Source: Oscillospiraceae bacterium (GTDB lineage: Bacteria > Bacillota > Clostridia > Oscillospirales > Oscillospiraceae). From it: a stretch of DNA of 64,000 nt. Of this stretch, positions 19,257-28,861 are shown piece after piece (position 1 is the stretch's first letter; every line of letters starts with the position of its first letter). The stretch covers positions 7,996 through 71,995 of the forward strand of contig JAITFR010000214.1 of NCBI GenBank assembly GCA_031281255.1, written 5' to 3'. A program made the translations under genes and the position numbers. The notes under the pieces were generated by a model. That model had not been told where the DNA came from. It saw only the letters and a program-made list of their open reading frames with translations, and made no database searches.

Positions 19257-20234
19257 TTATCTGTTTTTATTTATAAACCTTTTCAATAATCTCGGCAAAA
19301 ATGTTACTACTCGTCCGATTTTGTGTGAAATTGAGTTCTTATATCTATTGACTTGTGTTTCATAAAAACTATTCTTTAAGTCTGTATCATTACGTCCTTT
19401 TAACATATATTTAGTATGGTCATAATTATATGGACTCTCTAAAGCTGCTTGATACCATAAGTGTGATAACAAAGCGTAATCATCACTTGAGTTCCAGGGT
19501 TTTATTCCACCAGCATAATGAATGATAACAGGATTATTTAATGCATCTTCAACTTCAATTGGCGAGTAGTAAGATTCTAAATCACCTTTACTCACAGCAA
19601 GATAAAAGCATACATTAAATCTCAATGGCAATAATGTTATGCGGTTGTAACACACTTTATTTAAAACATCTTGATCATGATATTGATATTCGTTCTTTAT
19701 CTGTTCAATAAACTTAGATAGTAAACTTTCATTTTTAATTACTTTCAAGTTAATTATCAAAACACCAGCTTGAATATATCTTTCTGGTGATGGTATTTTC
19801 AAGTCTTTATATCTTTCCTTGCTGGCTAGAGCGTCTCTAACACCCGCAATGATAGAGTTACCAATTTCATAATTCCATAACTCGGTTAAATCATCACATG
19901 CAATAATATCTACATCTAGGTATATACATTTATCTAATTCTGGCAATAATTCGGATATTAATAAACGATAATATGATTCTATAGTTATATGATTACTTAT
20001 AAATGCATTATCAAACCTATCACCAACAATAATATATTCTATCTCAGTACCTTGAAATTGATTTAATAGTTTATAAAAATTTTTTGTAACATCTATGGGT
20101 AATCCTGTACGTACTAAAAAATAGAAAGAATAACAGGTTTCTATTTTTTTTGACTTTAGTGCAGAATAAACTGCTACACATGCATTCATTGCGTAATTTT
20201 CATCAAACGCCATAACTATCGGTATTTTGTTCAT
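19257..20234 (-). CDS. GT8 family glycosyltransferase
   Basis: IPIVMAFDENYA..., YLDVDIIACDDL (DxD) and HDQDVLN are the conserved GT8 (RfaJ/LgtC-like) blocks. Confidence 0.9.
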   Translation of the reverse strand: MNKIPIVMAFDENYAMNACVAVYSALKSKKIETCYSFYFLVRTGLPIDVTKNFYKLLNQFQGTEIEYIIVGDRFDNAFISNHITIESYYRLLISELLPELDKCIYLDVDIIACDDLTELWNYEIGNSIIAGVRDALASKERYKDLKIPSPERYIQAGVLIINLKVIKNESLLSKFIEQIKNEYQYHDQDVLNKVCYNRITLLPLRFNVCFYLAVSKGDLESYYSPIEVEDALNNPVIIHYAGGIKPWNSSDDYALLSHLWYQAALESPYNYDHTKYMLKGRNDTDLKNSFYETQVNRYKNSISHKIGRVVTFLPRLLKRFINKNR

Positions 20235-20250
20235 TTATGTCACTCCATTA

Positions 20251-20279
20251 TAGACTTTATCTGAGTATAGCATTATAAT
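20251..20279 (+). promoter_or_regulatory. Candidate sigma-A promoter (TAGACT - 17 nt - TATAAT)
   Basis: Hexamers read directly from the sequence in the divergent gap between the GT8 gene and the GT2 gene. Confidence 0.3.
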
Positions 20280-20346
20280 ATTGTGTATGCAATGGAATTG
20301 TTAATTAATAAATAAGTTAAATTCACTGAGAGGAGGTTTTTTACAT

Positions 20347-21363
20347 TTGAATTCCTTGATTATGTTTAGCGTAATAGTTCCAGTATATAACTCAGAAAAA
20401 TACATTGAAAGATGTATTTTAAGTATAACTTCACAATACTATAAAAACTATGAATTAATTCTAATTGATGATGGTTCTATAGATAATTCTGGTACGATTT
20501 GTAAAAACCATTCTAGTAAAAATGATAAGATAAAGTACGTTTTTAAGGAAAACAATGGTCCAGCTAGTGCAAGAAATGTCGGTCTTAAGAATGCTGTTGG
20601 AGATTATATCTTGTTTCTTGATAGTGATGATAGAATGTGCGAAGGTTTGCTAGATAAACTAAATGAAGTAATAAAAGATAAATATAATGATATATATCTC
20701 GGAACTTATATGGCATACAATGATACAAATAAACTTACTATATTAGAATCATTTAAGTACAATTTATCTCTTGTTGAAAAAAGTTTACCTTTAGAAGTAT
20801 TACATAATTTTTTAACTAACAATCCTCAATCTTTTTCAATATGGAGACATACATTTAAGCGTGAAATGTTAGAACACAAACAAATCAGGTTTGATGAAGA
20901 TTTATTCGGACCCGAAGATGGTGATTTTTTTATGAATGCAGTTTTTGCTGCAAAAACATTTTCTGTGATAAATATACCCTTTTGTTATTATACAATTAAG
21001 CGAGATGGTTCAATAATAACTAAGCGAAGTTATGAAAATGTTAGAAGCGAGTTTGATTTCTCGATAAGATGGTATTCATATTTCAAAGAAATATTTTCAA
21101 AAAACAATAATGTAATTGCTCTTGAGCTTTCTCGATTGTTTGCTAATATATTTCTAAATTGTATAGCTTCGTCTGGACGTTTAAAAAGGAATAAAAGATT
21201 AGAATTAAAAAATCTAGTCATTATAAATGATTACATTTTGAGTAATGTTTTTGGTGTAAATAAAAAAATATCTGTCTGTATATACAGACTTTTCGGATAT
21301 ATTAAAGCAGCTCCAATTATCAACTTTTTATACACAGTAAATACAAAGATAAAAACACCTTAG
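20347..21363 (+). CDS. GT2 family glycosyltransferase
   Basis: FSVIVPVYNSEKYI, LILIDDGSIDNS and FLDSDD motifs. The TTG start lies 10 nt after AGGAGG. Confidence 0.9.
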   Translation: MNSLIMFSVIVPVYNSEKYIERCILSITSQYYKNYELILIDDGSIDNSGTICKNHSSKNDKIKYVFKENNGPASARNVGLKNAVGDYILFLDSDDRMCEGLLDKLNEVIKDKYNDIYLGTYMAYNDTNKLTILESFKYNLSLVEKSLPLEVLHNFLTNNPQSFSIWRHTFKREMLEHKQIRFDEDLFGPEDGDFFMNAVFAAKTFSVINIPFCYYTIKRDGSIITKRSYENVRSEFDFSIRWYSYFKEIFSKNNNVIALELSRLFANIFLNCIASSGRLKRNKRLELKNLVIINDYILSNVFGVNKKISVCIYRLFGYIKAAPIINFLYTVNTKIKTP

Positions 21364-21390
21364 AAAGTAATACTAAGAAAGAGGAAATAT

Positions 21391-23121
21391 ATGCGTATTC
21401 TAAAAGAATTAAATTCAATTTTTAATCGTAAAACTAAGATAAAACTATTCATCTTACTTGTAGCAATCATAATTGGTGCTACACTTGAAGTATTAGCTTT
21501 ATCTATTATTTCTCCACTAATATCAGTGTTACTTGATAATGAAACAATATACTCAAATGAGCTAACGAATTTTATTTATTACCACCTAGGTTTTTCAAGT
21601 ATAAATACTTTTTTAGCTTTTCTTGCTTTTATTCTTTTCACTGTATACATTATACGTGGAATCTATTTATATATCCTAGCAAAAATACAATACAACTTTA
21701 TAGCACGAAAACAATCAGAATTATCAATTAAAATATTAGAGAAAATCCAAAGTAACTCTTACCTGTACCATACAGGAAAAAACATTGCTGAACTCCAGCG
21801 TATTGTTTTAGGTGATGTTCATGGGATGTTCTTATCAATAACTGCAATTCTGCTATTTCTGACTGATGCTTTTATGGTACTCTTTATAATGATATATTTA
21901 CTTATAATATCACCAATAATGACATTATGTGTTGTTACTCTAGCTGGTATATGTTTATTTCTATATTTTGCTATTTTTCGTCGTCTAATAATATATCTTG
22001 GACAAAAGAATCGTGCTTCTAATATAAATATGACAAAATCAGTAAATCAAGCATTAGGAGGCATTAAAGAAGTAAAAGTATTGCAACGAGAAGCGTACTT
22101 TCGTAATATCTTTAAAAAAAGTAGTGATTCTGCTGCTAAAACTACTGCTCATTTTCAGCTTTTATCTGCAATGCCAGTCTTAATAATAGAAACTGTATGT
22201 TTTGGAGGTACGTTTCTTTTTCTTAGTATTTTGATTTTTTCAGGAGTAGACATCTCTTATTTAATACCTCAACTAAGTATTTTTGTTCTTGCTGCGTTTA
22301 GATTATTACCAGCACTTTCTCGTCAAGCAAGTAAACTAAACGCTATAATCTTCCAACGTCCAGCTATTGATGGAGTTTATAAAACTCTCAATGTAGATAA
22401 TCATTCCACATTTTTACCTCCTAAACAAGATATTTCGTCACCTTCAATTTTTTCAAATAATATTGATATATACAACATATCTTTCCAGTATCCACACACA
22501 CAAAAACCTGTTCTAGAAAATGTTTTATTTACAATACCGGAAAACAAATCTATTGCTCTAATTGGTACTACAGGATCAGGCAAAACTACTTTAATTGATT
22601 TAATACTTGGCATTATAGCTCCAAATAATGGTTGTATATCGTATAAAGGTATGTACAGTACATTAGATAGGATTTGGAGTAAAAGTTTTGGATATATTCC
22701 TCAACAAATATATCTACTTGATGAAACTATATTGAAAAATGTTGCTTTTGGTATAGATGAAAACATGATAGAAGAAATAAAAGTATGGAAAGCACTCGAA
22801 CAAGCTCAAATTGCTGATTTTGTTCGCACTTTACCTGATGGACTAGAAACTATTATCGGCGATAGAGGTATCCGTTTGTCCGGAGGACAACGCCAACGTA
22901 TTAGTATTGCCCGAGCACTTTATGAAGATCCCCCAATTCTCGTACTTGATGAAGCCACATCATCTCTCGATGATGATACAGAAACTGCTGTTATGGAAGC
23001 TATCACTGGTTTCCACGGTAAAAAAACAATAATCATAGTTGCACATCGTTTGAGCACAATTGAACACTGTGATATCGTATATAAAGTTGATAATGGAAAT
23101 GTAAGAAAGATATCAAAATAA
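21391..23121 (+). CDS. Fused TMD-NBD ABC exporter (MsbA/PglK-like; candidate lipid-linked glycan flippase or exporter)
   Basis: Six N-terminal TM helices. Walker A GTTGSGKTT, ABC signature LSGGQRQRISIARAL, Walker B ILVLDEATSSLD, and H-loop AHRL. Confidence 0.9.
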   Translation: MRILKELNSIFNRKTKIKLFILLVAIIIGATLEVLALSIISPLISVLLDNETIYSNELTNFIYYHLGFSSINTFLAFLAFILFTVYIIRGIYLYILAKIQYNFIARKQSELSIKILEKIQSNSYLYHTGKNIAELQRIVLGDVHGMFLSITAILLFLTDAFMVLFIMIYLLIISPIMTLCVVTLAGICLFLYFAIFRRLIIYLGQKNRASNINMTKSVNQALGGIKEVKVLQREAYFRNIFKKSSDSAAKTTAHFQLLSAMPVLIIETVCFGGTFLFLSILIFSGVDISYLIPQLSIFVLAAFRLLPALSRQASKLNAIIFQRPAIDGVYKTLNVDNHSTFLPPKQDISSPSIFSNNIDIYNISFQYPHTQKPVLENVLFTIPENKSIALIGTTGSGKTTLIDLILGIIAPNNGCISYKGMYSTLDRIWSKSFGYIPQQIYLLDETILKNVAFGIDENMIEEIKVWKALEQAQIADFVRTLPDGLETIIGDRGIRLSGGQRQRISIARALYEDPPILVLDEATSSLDDDTETAVMEAITGFHGKKTIIIVAHRLSTIEHCDIVYKVDNGNVRKISK

Positions 23122-23165
23122 ACATGTACATTCTCAATTTCCAGAAATTATGTTTATGCTTAAAC

Positions 23166-24251
23166 TCACGGTAAATAAAACTTTTCTAACTCCTTAACTG
23201 CACTTTTAATGTCATATCCCGCTTTGTAAACATCATTGCTAGGATCAATTCGATTGAAATCTCTATATGTTATCATACGTTCAGCCCAAATATCCACACC
23301 TTTGTCAATCGGTAAGAACTCAACATTATCAGTAATCTTACATTCAAATGGAACACCATTAGACAATAGACATGGTAACCCAGCTGCTTGTGCTTCAATG
23401 GCTGCAATACCTAACCCTTCACTGATAGATGGCAAAACAAAGATATCCGCTGCTTGAAGTAAATCAGCTACATCGTCACGCTTACCTAAAAACTTTACAT
23501 AATCACAAATACCTAGCTCTAAAGCAACTTCAAGTAAATGTTTATGTTCGCTGCCGTCTCCGGCGATTAGCAGCACGATATTAAGCTGCTTATTTACTGC
23601 ACAAGCAAAAGCCTTAAGTAAAAATTCTTGATTTTTAACCTTTTCAAATCGTCCAACGTGAAATACTATAAACTTGTCTCCTAAATCCATTTTGTCACGA
23701 ATTTTCATTCTTCTTTCTGTGGAATATCGATATTGCTCAATATTTATCGCATTTTTTATTAAACTCAGCTTATCCTTTGTAAATATTGATTTACCAAAAA
23801 GTGACATGCCAGCTTCGGTTGAGCAGGCTAAGTGTTTTGTTGTTATTAACATAGCTAGTTTTTGGTAGAAAGGTCTCAGCAGTCTTACTCCATGACTTTT
23901 ATTGTGAGAATGAACAAAACGTATTTTTACACCGCACAATGATGCAACATACAAATCTAATAATACAAATGGTAAGCAACCATGTGTGTGTATAATTTTT
24001 ATATCTGGATTATCTTTAAGAACCTTGCGAAGCACATTTAAATTACGAAAAGGATTGTGTTTTAATCTTGGCCTTTTAAATATCCGTGCACCAAGTAGCA
24101 ATACATCATCATTATAGTGTTCTCTATAATTTTCATAAATCAAAAAATCAAACTGTATTTTTGTTCTATCAATGTTCCGATAATAATTTACTAAAAAAGC
24201 TTCCACTCCACCTATATCAAGCGAACCAAATATCTGCAAAACTCGAATCAT
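23166..24251 (-). CDS. GT4 family (GT-B) glycosyltransferase
   Basis: C-terminal E-x7-E region SISEGLGIAAIEAQAAGLPCL. The N-terminus IRVLQIFGSLDIGG is typical of GT4. The ATG at 24251 follows GGAGAG. Confidence 0.9.
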   Translation of the reverse strand: MIRVLQIFGSLDIGGVEAFLVNYYRNIDRTKIQFDFLIYENYREHYNDDVLLLGARIFKRPRLKHNPFRNLNVLRKVLKDNPDIKIIHTHGCLPFVLLDLYVASLCGVKIRFVHSHNKSHGVRLLRPFYQKLAMLITTKHLACSTEAGMSLFGKSIFTKDKLSLIKNAINIEQYRYSTERRMKIRDKMDLGDKFIVFHVGRFEKVKNQEFLLKAFACAVNKQLNIVLLIAGDGSEHKHLLEVALELGICDYVKFLGKRDDVADLLQAADIFVLPSISEGLGIAAIEAQAAGLPCLLSNGVPFECKITDNVEFLPIDKGVDIWAERMITYRDFNRIDPSNDVYKAGYDIKSAVKELEKFYLP

Positions 24252-24269
24252 ACTTCTCTCCAATTATTA

Positions 24270-25280
24270 TCAATCCTTCAGTGTTCCTTTACTATACAAT
24301 CTAAACATTAATCTATAAATTGGATATGGCAAAAAGTACATAATTACTGCTGATAATTTTTCAATTTTACTATTTGATAAACGTAATATAGTTTTTATAT
24401 CTATCCAATTTAACCTCAATGTTGGTTGCATTTTGCTAATAACTGCAGTATGAATTATCACCATTTTAGCTACACATTTTTGGTTTATAAACAAATTCTT
24501 AATCTCTTGTGATCGCTCCGGTAAAGCTCTTAACACAACCTCTTGCATATACTCCAGAAAACGTACTCTTTCATCTAATCCTACTCTTTTACCTAATGAT
24601 TCGGATTTGTCAATAAAATAAATATATGGACATATATTGATAAAAGTAATCCCTTTAGTTACTGCAACAAAACACTCTAAGCAAAACCATTTATCTTCAA
24701 TGCCTTTAAATTGATTATCAAACCTAATGTTTTTAGTTATACTTTTTCCATTTAAAGGTGTTAATAAATCGCTTCTAAATAACTTGTTCCATGGATAAAA
24801 AAGTTGGTGATGATATTTTTCTATATCATCAATACACGTTTCCCACAATTGCTTTGTACTTATTTTTTGCTCTATAGGTACTCTTCTCAAACGTTCAAAC
24901 TTATCATAAATCATTCTGACACCACAGATGCATATATCTGAATCTGTTTCATATATACTTTTATACATTTGCTCATACATATCATGTTCTATTTCATCAT
25001 CACTATCTACAAAAGCAATAAATTCACCTTTAGCAGAATCCAATCCGGCATTTCGAGCTGATGATGGTCCACCATTTTCTTTGTGAATTACTACAATTCG
25101 TTTATCCTCTAAAGCGAGTTCATCACAAATTGCAGAACTTCTATCTGTTGAACCATCATTAATCAATATTATTTCCAAGAATGAGTATGATTGTTTTTGT
25201 ATACTTTCGACACATCTACGTAAATATTTCTCGGCATTGTAAACCGGTATAATTACAGATATTAAATCATTCATTATCAC
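24270..25280 (-). CDS. GT2 family glycosyltransferase
   Basis: ISVIIPVYNAEKYL, ILINDGSTDRS and FVDSDDE motifs. The start overlaps the upstream stop (GTGA). Confidence 0.9.
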   Translation of the reverse strand: MIMNDLISVIIPVYNAEKYLRRCVESIQKQSYSFLEIILINDGSTDRSSAICDELALEDKRIVVIHKENGGPSSARNAGLDSAKGEFIAFVDSDDEIEHDMYEQMYKSIYETDSDICICGVRMIYDKFERLRRVPIEQKISTKQLWETCIDDIEKYHHQLFYPWNKLFRSDLLTPLNGKSITKNIRFDNQFKGIEDKWFCLECFVAVTKGITFINICPYIYFIDKSESLGKRVGLDERVRFLEYMQEVVLRALPERSQEIKNLFINQKCVAKMVIIHTAVISKMQPTLRLNWIDIKTILRLSNSKIEKLSAVIMYFLPYPIYRLMFRLYSKGTLKD

Positions 25281-26242
25281 ACTTTCTCTTTCGTACCAAA
25301 CCGTGTCATTTCTCTAAATATGTTATCATTAATATTAAGGTACTTTAATGAATCTCGTAAAATCGTGTCATTTCTATTATTATCTACATTGTCTATATGT
25401 AGAGATGTTTTTTGTGAACTAGGAATTAATAAACTATCAGGTGGTTTTTGATAAGCCAAAACAACCGGAATACTACATAACAGTTCAATAATTTTTAACC
25501 ATAAGTCATCTGCATATAAACTCACTTCCATAACTGCTTTTGAATCTAGTAGCAATTCATGCTTCTTTTCAAAACAATTAGGTGGGTATAAAACGCCACT
25601 GACACCAAGAGCTATCAAATCAAATGCAGGGTTAAATGTATATGTCGATTCAAATATCCAATCATTATATGGTAATAATTTATCTCCATAAAACATTATT
25701 CTATGAGCTCTTGCTGATGAAATAGCAGTTGGGTATTTTTTATACGATTCATATAGTTGCTCAATAAGATTTTCTGGATATAAAATGTCATCATCAACTG
25801 TAATTATAATACCCTCTGAGTAATTTTGCATTGCATAACGATACTTATTATGAGATCTTAAATCTTCATCAATTATTACAACAGTGAGTCCGCGTTTTTC
25901 CAGATTTATGAAATCTTTTGGTAATTGTACAGTAGATTTATAGTCATTTGATGATAGCACCATAATTATTCTATCAGGTTTGAAAGTTTGTCTGAGCATA
26001 GCATCTGCTACATATACAGCTGAGTTTATTCTATCTGGATATGTTGTAAATGATACAGTAACCTCAACATCACGTTTTGTTTCATTTAACCCGTACTTTG
26101 TACATATTGCATTATATAAACTCATAGCTTTTTTTGTTTTTCTTTTATTTATGATTTCATATATCGGCATTAAATGTTTCTTAATACCAAGTTTTATTGT
26201 TAATCTTCTTATTTTATTCTTAAAAGATAAATCCTTACTCAT
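25277..26242 (-). CDS. Probable GT-A fold glycosyltransferase (capsule/teichoic-type; family not named)
   Basis: VSFTTYPDRI ... RQT.KPDRIIMVLS ... HNKYRYA ... TVDDDILYP (DxD). I recognise this block pattern from polysaccharide-locus transferases. Confidence 0.6.
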   Translation of the reverse strand: MSKDLSFKNKIRRLTIKLGIKKHLMPIYEIINKRKTKKAMSLYNAICTKYGLNETKRDVEVTVSFTTYPDRINSAVYVADAMLRQTFKPDRIIMVLSSNDYKSTVQLPKDFINLEKRGLTVVIIDEDLRSHNKYRYAMQNYSEGIIITVDDDILYPENLIEQLYESYKKYPTAISSARAHRIMFYGDKLLPYNDWIFESTYTFNPAFDLIALGVSGVLYPPNCFEKKHELLLDSKAVMEVSLYADDLWLKIIELLCSIPVVLAYQKPPDSLLIPSSQKTSLHIDNVDNNRNDTILRDSLKYLNINDNIFREMTRFGTKEKV

Positions 26243-26268
26243 TTAAATATCACCAAAGTATTACTACA

Positions 26269-27237
26269 TTAAGTTGTTTTATTTTCTTTCACATCAATAA
26301 TCTCTTTCACGTGCGCTTCATTATATCTGTTACGAAATGTCGCGTCTACAACCATATCTCCAATAAATCCGGTTGATATTGATTGCACTCCAAGTATAAT
26401 TAGTAAAACACCAAGATTTAAAAGTGGTCTTCCACCAATACCTATTCCCATAAACCATTGGATAGTAAGAACTGTACAAATTGCAAACCCCGCAAGGAAA
26501 AAAAACAATCCGAGAAGACCAAAAAAGTACATCGGTTTGTTATAAAATCGAGATAAAAACGTTGCAGTCAATGAATCAAAAAAACCACGTAAATAACGTT
26601 CAAATCCATATTTAGATTTACCATGCTTTCGTTTATGGTGTGTAACTGGTATTTCTGTAACACGAAAACCTCTGCGGTGAGCTAACACCGGAATGTATCT
26701 ATGTAGTTCTCCGTATAAGTCAATGTTTGTAACAACTTCTCTTTTGTAAGCCTTAAATCCACAATTAAAATCATGGAGTTTAAGACCGGATAGTGTTGAA
26801 GTAACAGCATTAAATAACTTTGATGGTATTCGTTTTTCAAAGCTGTCTTTCCTGTCTTTTTTCCACCCGGATATTAAGTCATAACCTTCTTCAAGTTTTT
26901 GAAGCATTCTAGGCACATCGCTTGGGTCGTCTTGAAGGTCTGCATCCATTGTGATTATATAGTCTCCGCTAGAATGTCGAAAACCGGCTTGCAAAGCAGT
27001 AGCTTTTCCGAAGTTACGTCGGAAAGATATTAGCTTTACTTTACTGTCAGTTTCTATAAGCTCTTTAACAACACTAACAGATGTATCATTACTGCCATCA
27101 TCAATAAACCAAATCTCATAATCATTAATAACATTTTTATCTGTTAAGATCTTAATTTGTTCAATAATACGTGAACAAAGTGTTTCAAGCGACTCTGCTT
27201 CATTAAAAACAGGAATTATAAAAGATATTTTTTTCAT
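26269..27237 (-). CDS. GT2 polyprenyl-phosphate glycosyltransferase (GtrB/CsbB-like)
   Basis: ISFIIPVFNE, FIDDGSNDTS, MDADLQDDPSD and two C-terminal TM helices. Confidence 0.9.
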   Translation of the reverse strand: MKKISFIIPVFNEAESLETLCSRIIEQIKILTDKNVINDYEIWFIDDGSNDTSVSVVKELIETDSKVKLISFRRNFGKATALQAGFRHSSGDYIITMDADLQDDPSDVPRMLQKLEEGYDLISGWKKDRKDSFEKRIPSKLFNAVTSTLSGLKLHDFNCGFKAYKREVVTNIDLYGELHRYIPVLAHRRGFRVTEIPVTHHKRKHGKSKYGFERYLRGFFDSLTATFLSRFYNKPMYFFGLLGLFFFLAGFAICTVLTIQWFMGIGIGGRPLLNLGVLLIILGVQSISTGFIGDMVVDATFRNRYNEAHVKEIIDVKENKTT

Positions 27238-27250
27238 TTTCCCTCTTAAC

Positions 27251-28861
27251 TCATCTTAATAAATATATATCATGTATTGTCACTCTGCCAAGATTAGTGA
27301 ATTCCGTAAGACCAGTATACTTCATTATTTCATTAAGATGTCCAGCAGCAATGTCTGCATCTACATTTTGCAAAAAAAGTATTATACCGTTATTTGATTG
27401 CACTTCTTCAAGTACTTCCACATTAAATATATCTTTATATGATATAAGTGCCATATTATCAAATAACATAAGGTGATATATAGTACGTGCTAAACAACCA
27501 CTATTAAATCCTACACTAACTACAGGCAGCTCTAGATGTTGGAGATATCCAGTAGAAGAAAAACCTGCGTGATAATGTTTATATAAATGTAATGGATGCG
27601 TATTTGTATATAATAATATTACGCATGGTAGAGTAATCAAAAAGAATAATGTTGCTTTATTTATACCAAATGACTTAACTGCATATATAATAGGTATTAT
27701 TGTTATCAAAGTAAAAAATGGTAATAGAAAAGAAAAATATCTAAAATCAATTTCCCATACAGTTCGGTTGATTGTAATAAAACAAAGAAATGTTGAAATA
27801 ATAAGAAGAATATACATTGCAGTTTCAGGTTTCTTTACGATTTCTGGAATCCTAGTTTTTTTATTTTTCGTGTTTAATATAAAAAGACATATAGCTGCAC
27901 CTGCTATAATAAATACAGTAATATAACTGACATTTGCAAATAAATGCAAATTAACTAAACTCATGGTTCTTGTTAACCGTTCGGAAATATTCATACTACC
28001 ATCTGTCAGATTATTCATTGCTACCTCACCATGACCAAGCCTTAACACCTGCATTGGAGATCTACCAAATAGTGAATAAATAAAAATAGATAATCCTGCT
28101 GCTAGCGAACATTTTATTACTGTGAAGAATTCCTTTTTTACAAGTAAGTATACCCCAAATGATAAAGATACAAAAAGTGCATATAATAAAAAATAATAAT
28201 GTGTTATTATACCTAAGCAAGCGGTAATAAGTATTGCTAAAATATACAGATTCTTTTTACTACTTACTACAAGTTTACATACAAAATATGTAAATAACAA
28301 GCAAAAGAACAATAGTAAATAATACATTCTAATATATACTACAAGACTAATAGCTGCACTGCTCATGCCCCATATTATTACAGGTATTAATGATAAATAT
28401 CTATCTTTTAAAAATAATATACCAAACTTATATATTATTATCAAAGACCCTAAGTACACTAAAATATTTAAGGAAATTGCTGGCCATATAGAAAATACGT
28501 CAGGAAATAATGAATTCACTGTATGGATTGCATAGAAATATAGAGGCGGATGAGAACCATTAACAGTTATTGAACGAGTATAGGTAAATGCATCCTCGCT
28601 TGATACTGTGATATGTGTTTTAAGATCTGATGCTTCTATCCAAGTATTGTAGATATTAGGATAAAAATATATCCTTCCTTTATCGCCCCCTTGGCTTTGC
28701 ATAAATGTAAAGATTTCATCAATATGAAACCCAGCCTTTTGTCCAGCCCAATAAAACATATATACCACTAGTATGACAATTATTAATACTAATAATATAA
28801 TATGCAGATTCTGCTTGATCTTATCCTTGGTAACTGTTCCCACTCTTGTTACTAGCTCCAA
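27251..28861 (-). CDS. GT-C (ArnT/PMT-like) polytopic membrane glycosyltransferase
   Basis: About 11-13 TM helices. An acidic first-loop motif GFHIDEIFTF follows TM1. It sits immediately downstream of its Und-P-sugar synthase partner's neighbour. The start is non-ATG (TTG or GTG) and abuts the upstream stop. Confidence 0.75.
   Translation of the reverse strand: MELVTRVGTVTKDKIKQNLHIILLVLIIVILVVYMFYWAGQKAGFHIDEIFTFMQSQGGDKGRIYFYPNIYNTWIEASDLKTHITVSSEDAFTYTRSITVNGSHPPLYFYAIHTVNSLFPDVFSIWPAISLNILVYLGSLIIIYKFGILFLKDRYLSLIPVIIWGMSSAAISLVVYIRMYYLLLFFCLLFTYFVCKLVVSSKKNLYILAILITACLGIITHYYFLLYALFVSLSFGVYLLVKKEFFTVIKCSLAAGLSIFIYSLFGRSPMQVLRLGHGEVAMNNLTDGSMNISERLTRTMSLVNLHLFANVSYITVFIIAGAAICLFILNTKNKKTRIPEIVKKPETAMYILLIISTFLCFITINRTVWEIDFRYFSFLLPFFTLITIIPIIYAVKSFGINKATLFFLITLPCVILLYTNTHPLHLYKHYHAGFSSTGYLQHLELPVVSVGFNSGCLARTIYHLMLFDNMALISYKDIFNVEVLEEVQSNNGIILFLQNVDADIAAGHLNEIMKYTGLTEFTNLGRVTIHDIYLLR

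Noticed and set aside
19091-19276. 61-codon ORF (MGINYDIACFLASV...) in the convergent gap between the FkbM methyltransferase and GT8 genes
   Set aside because: The nearest SD-like sequence (AAGGAGA) is about 14 nt upstream, the 3-prime end overlaps the GT8 gene convergently, and no motif is recognisable. The support is insufficient.
23122-23165. Rho-independent terminators at the convergent junctions 23122..23165 and 19084..19256
   Set aside because: Only short stems (5-6 bp) with large loops and no adjacent T-tracts were found. They are not convincing by eye, so no terminator features are reported.
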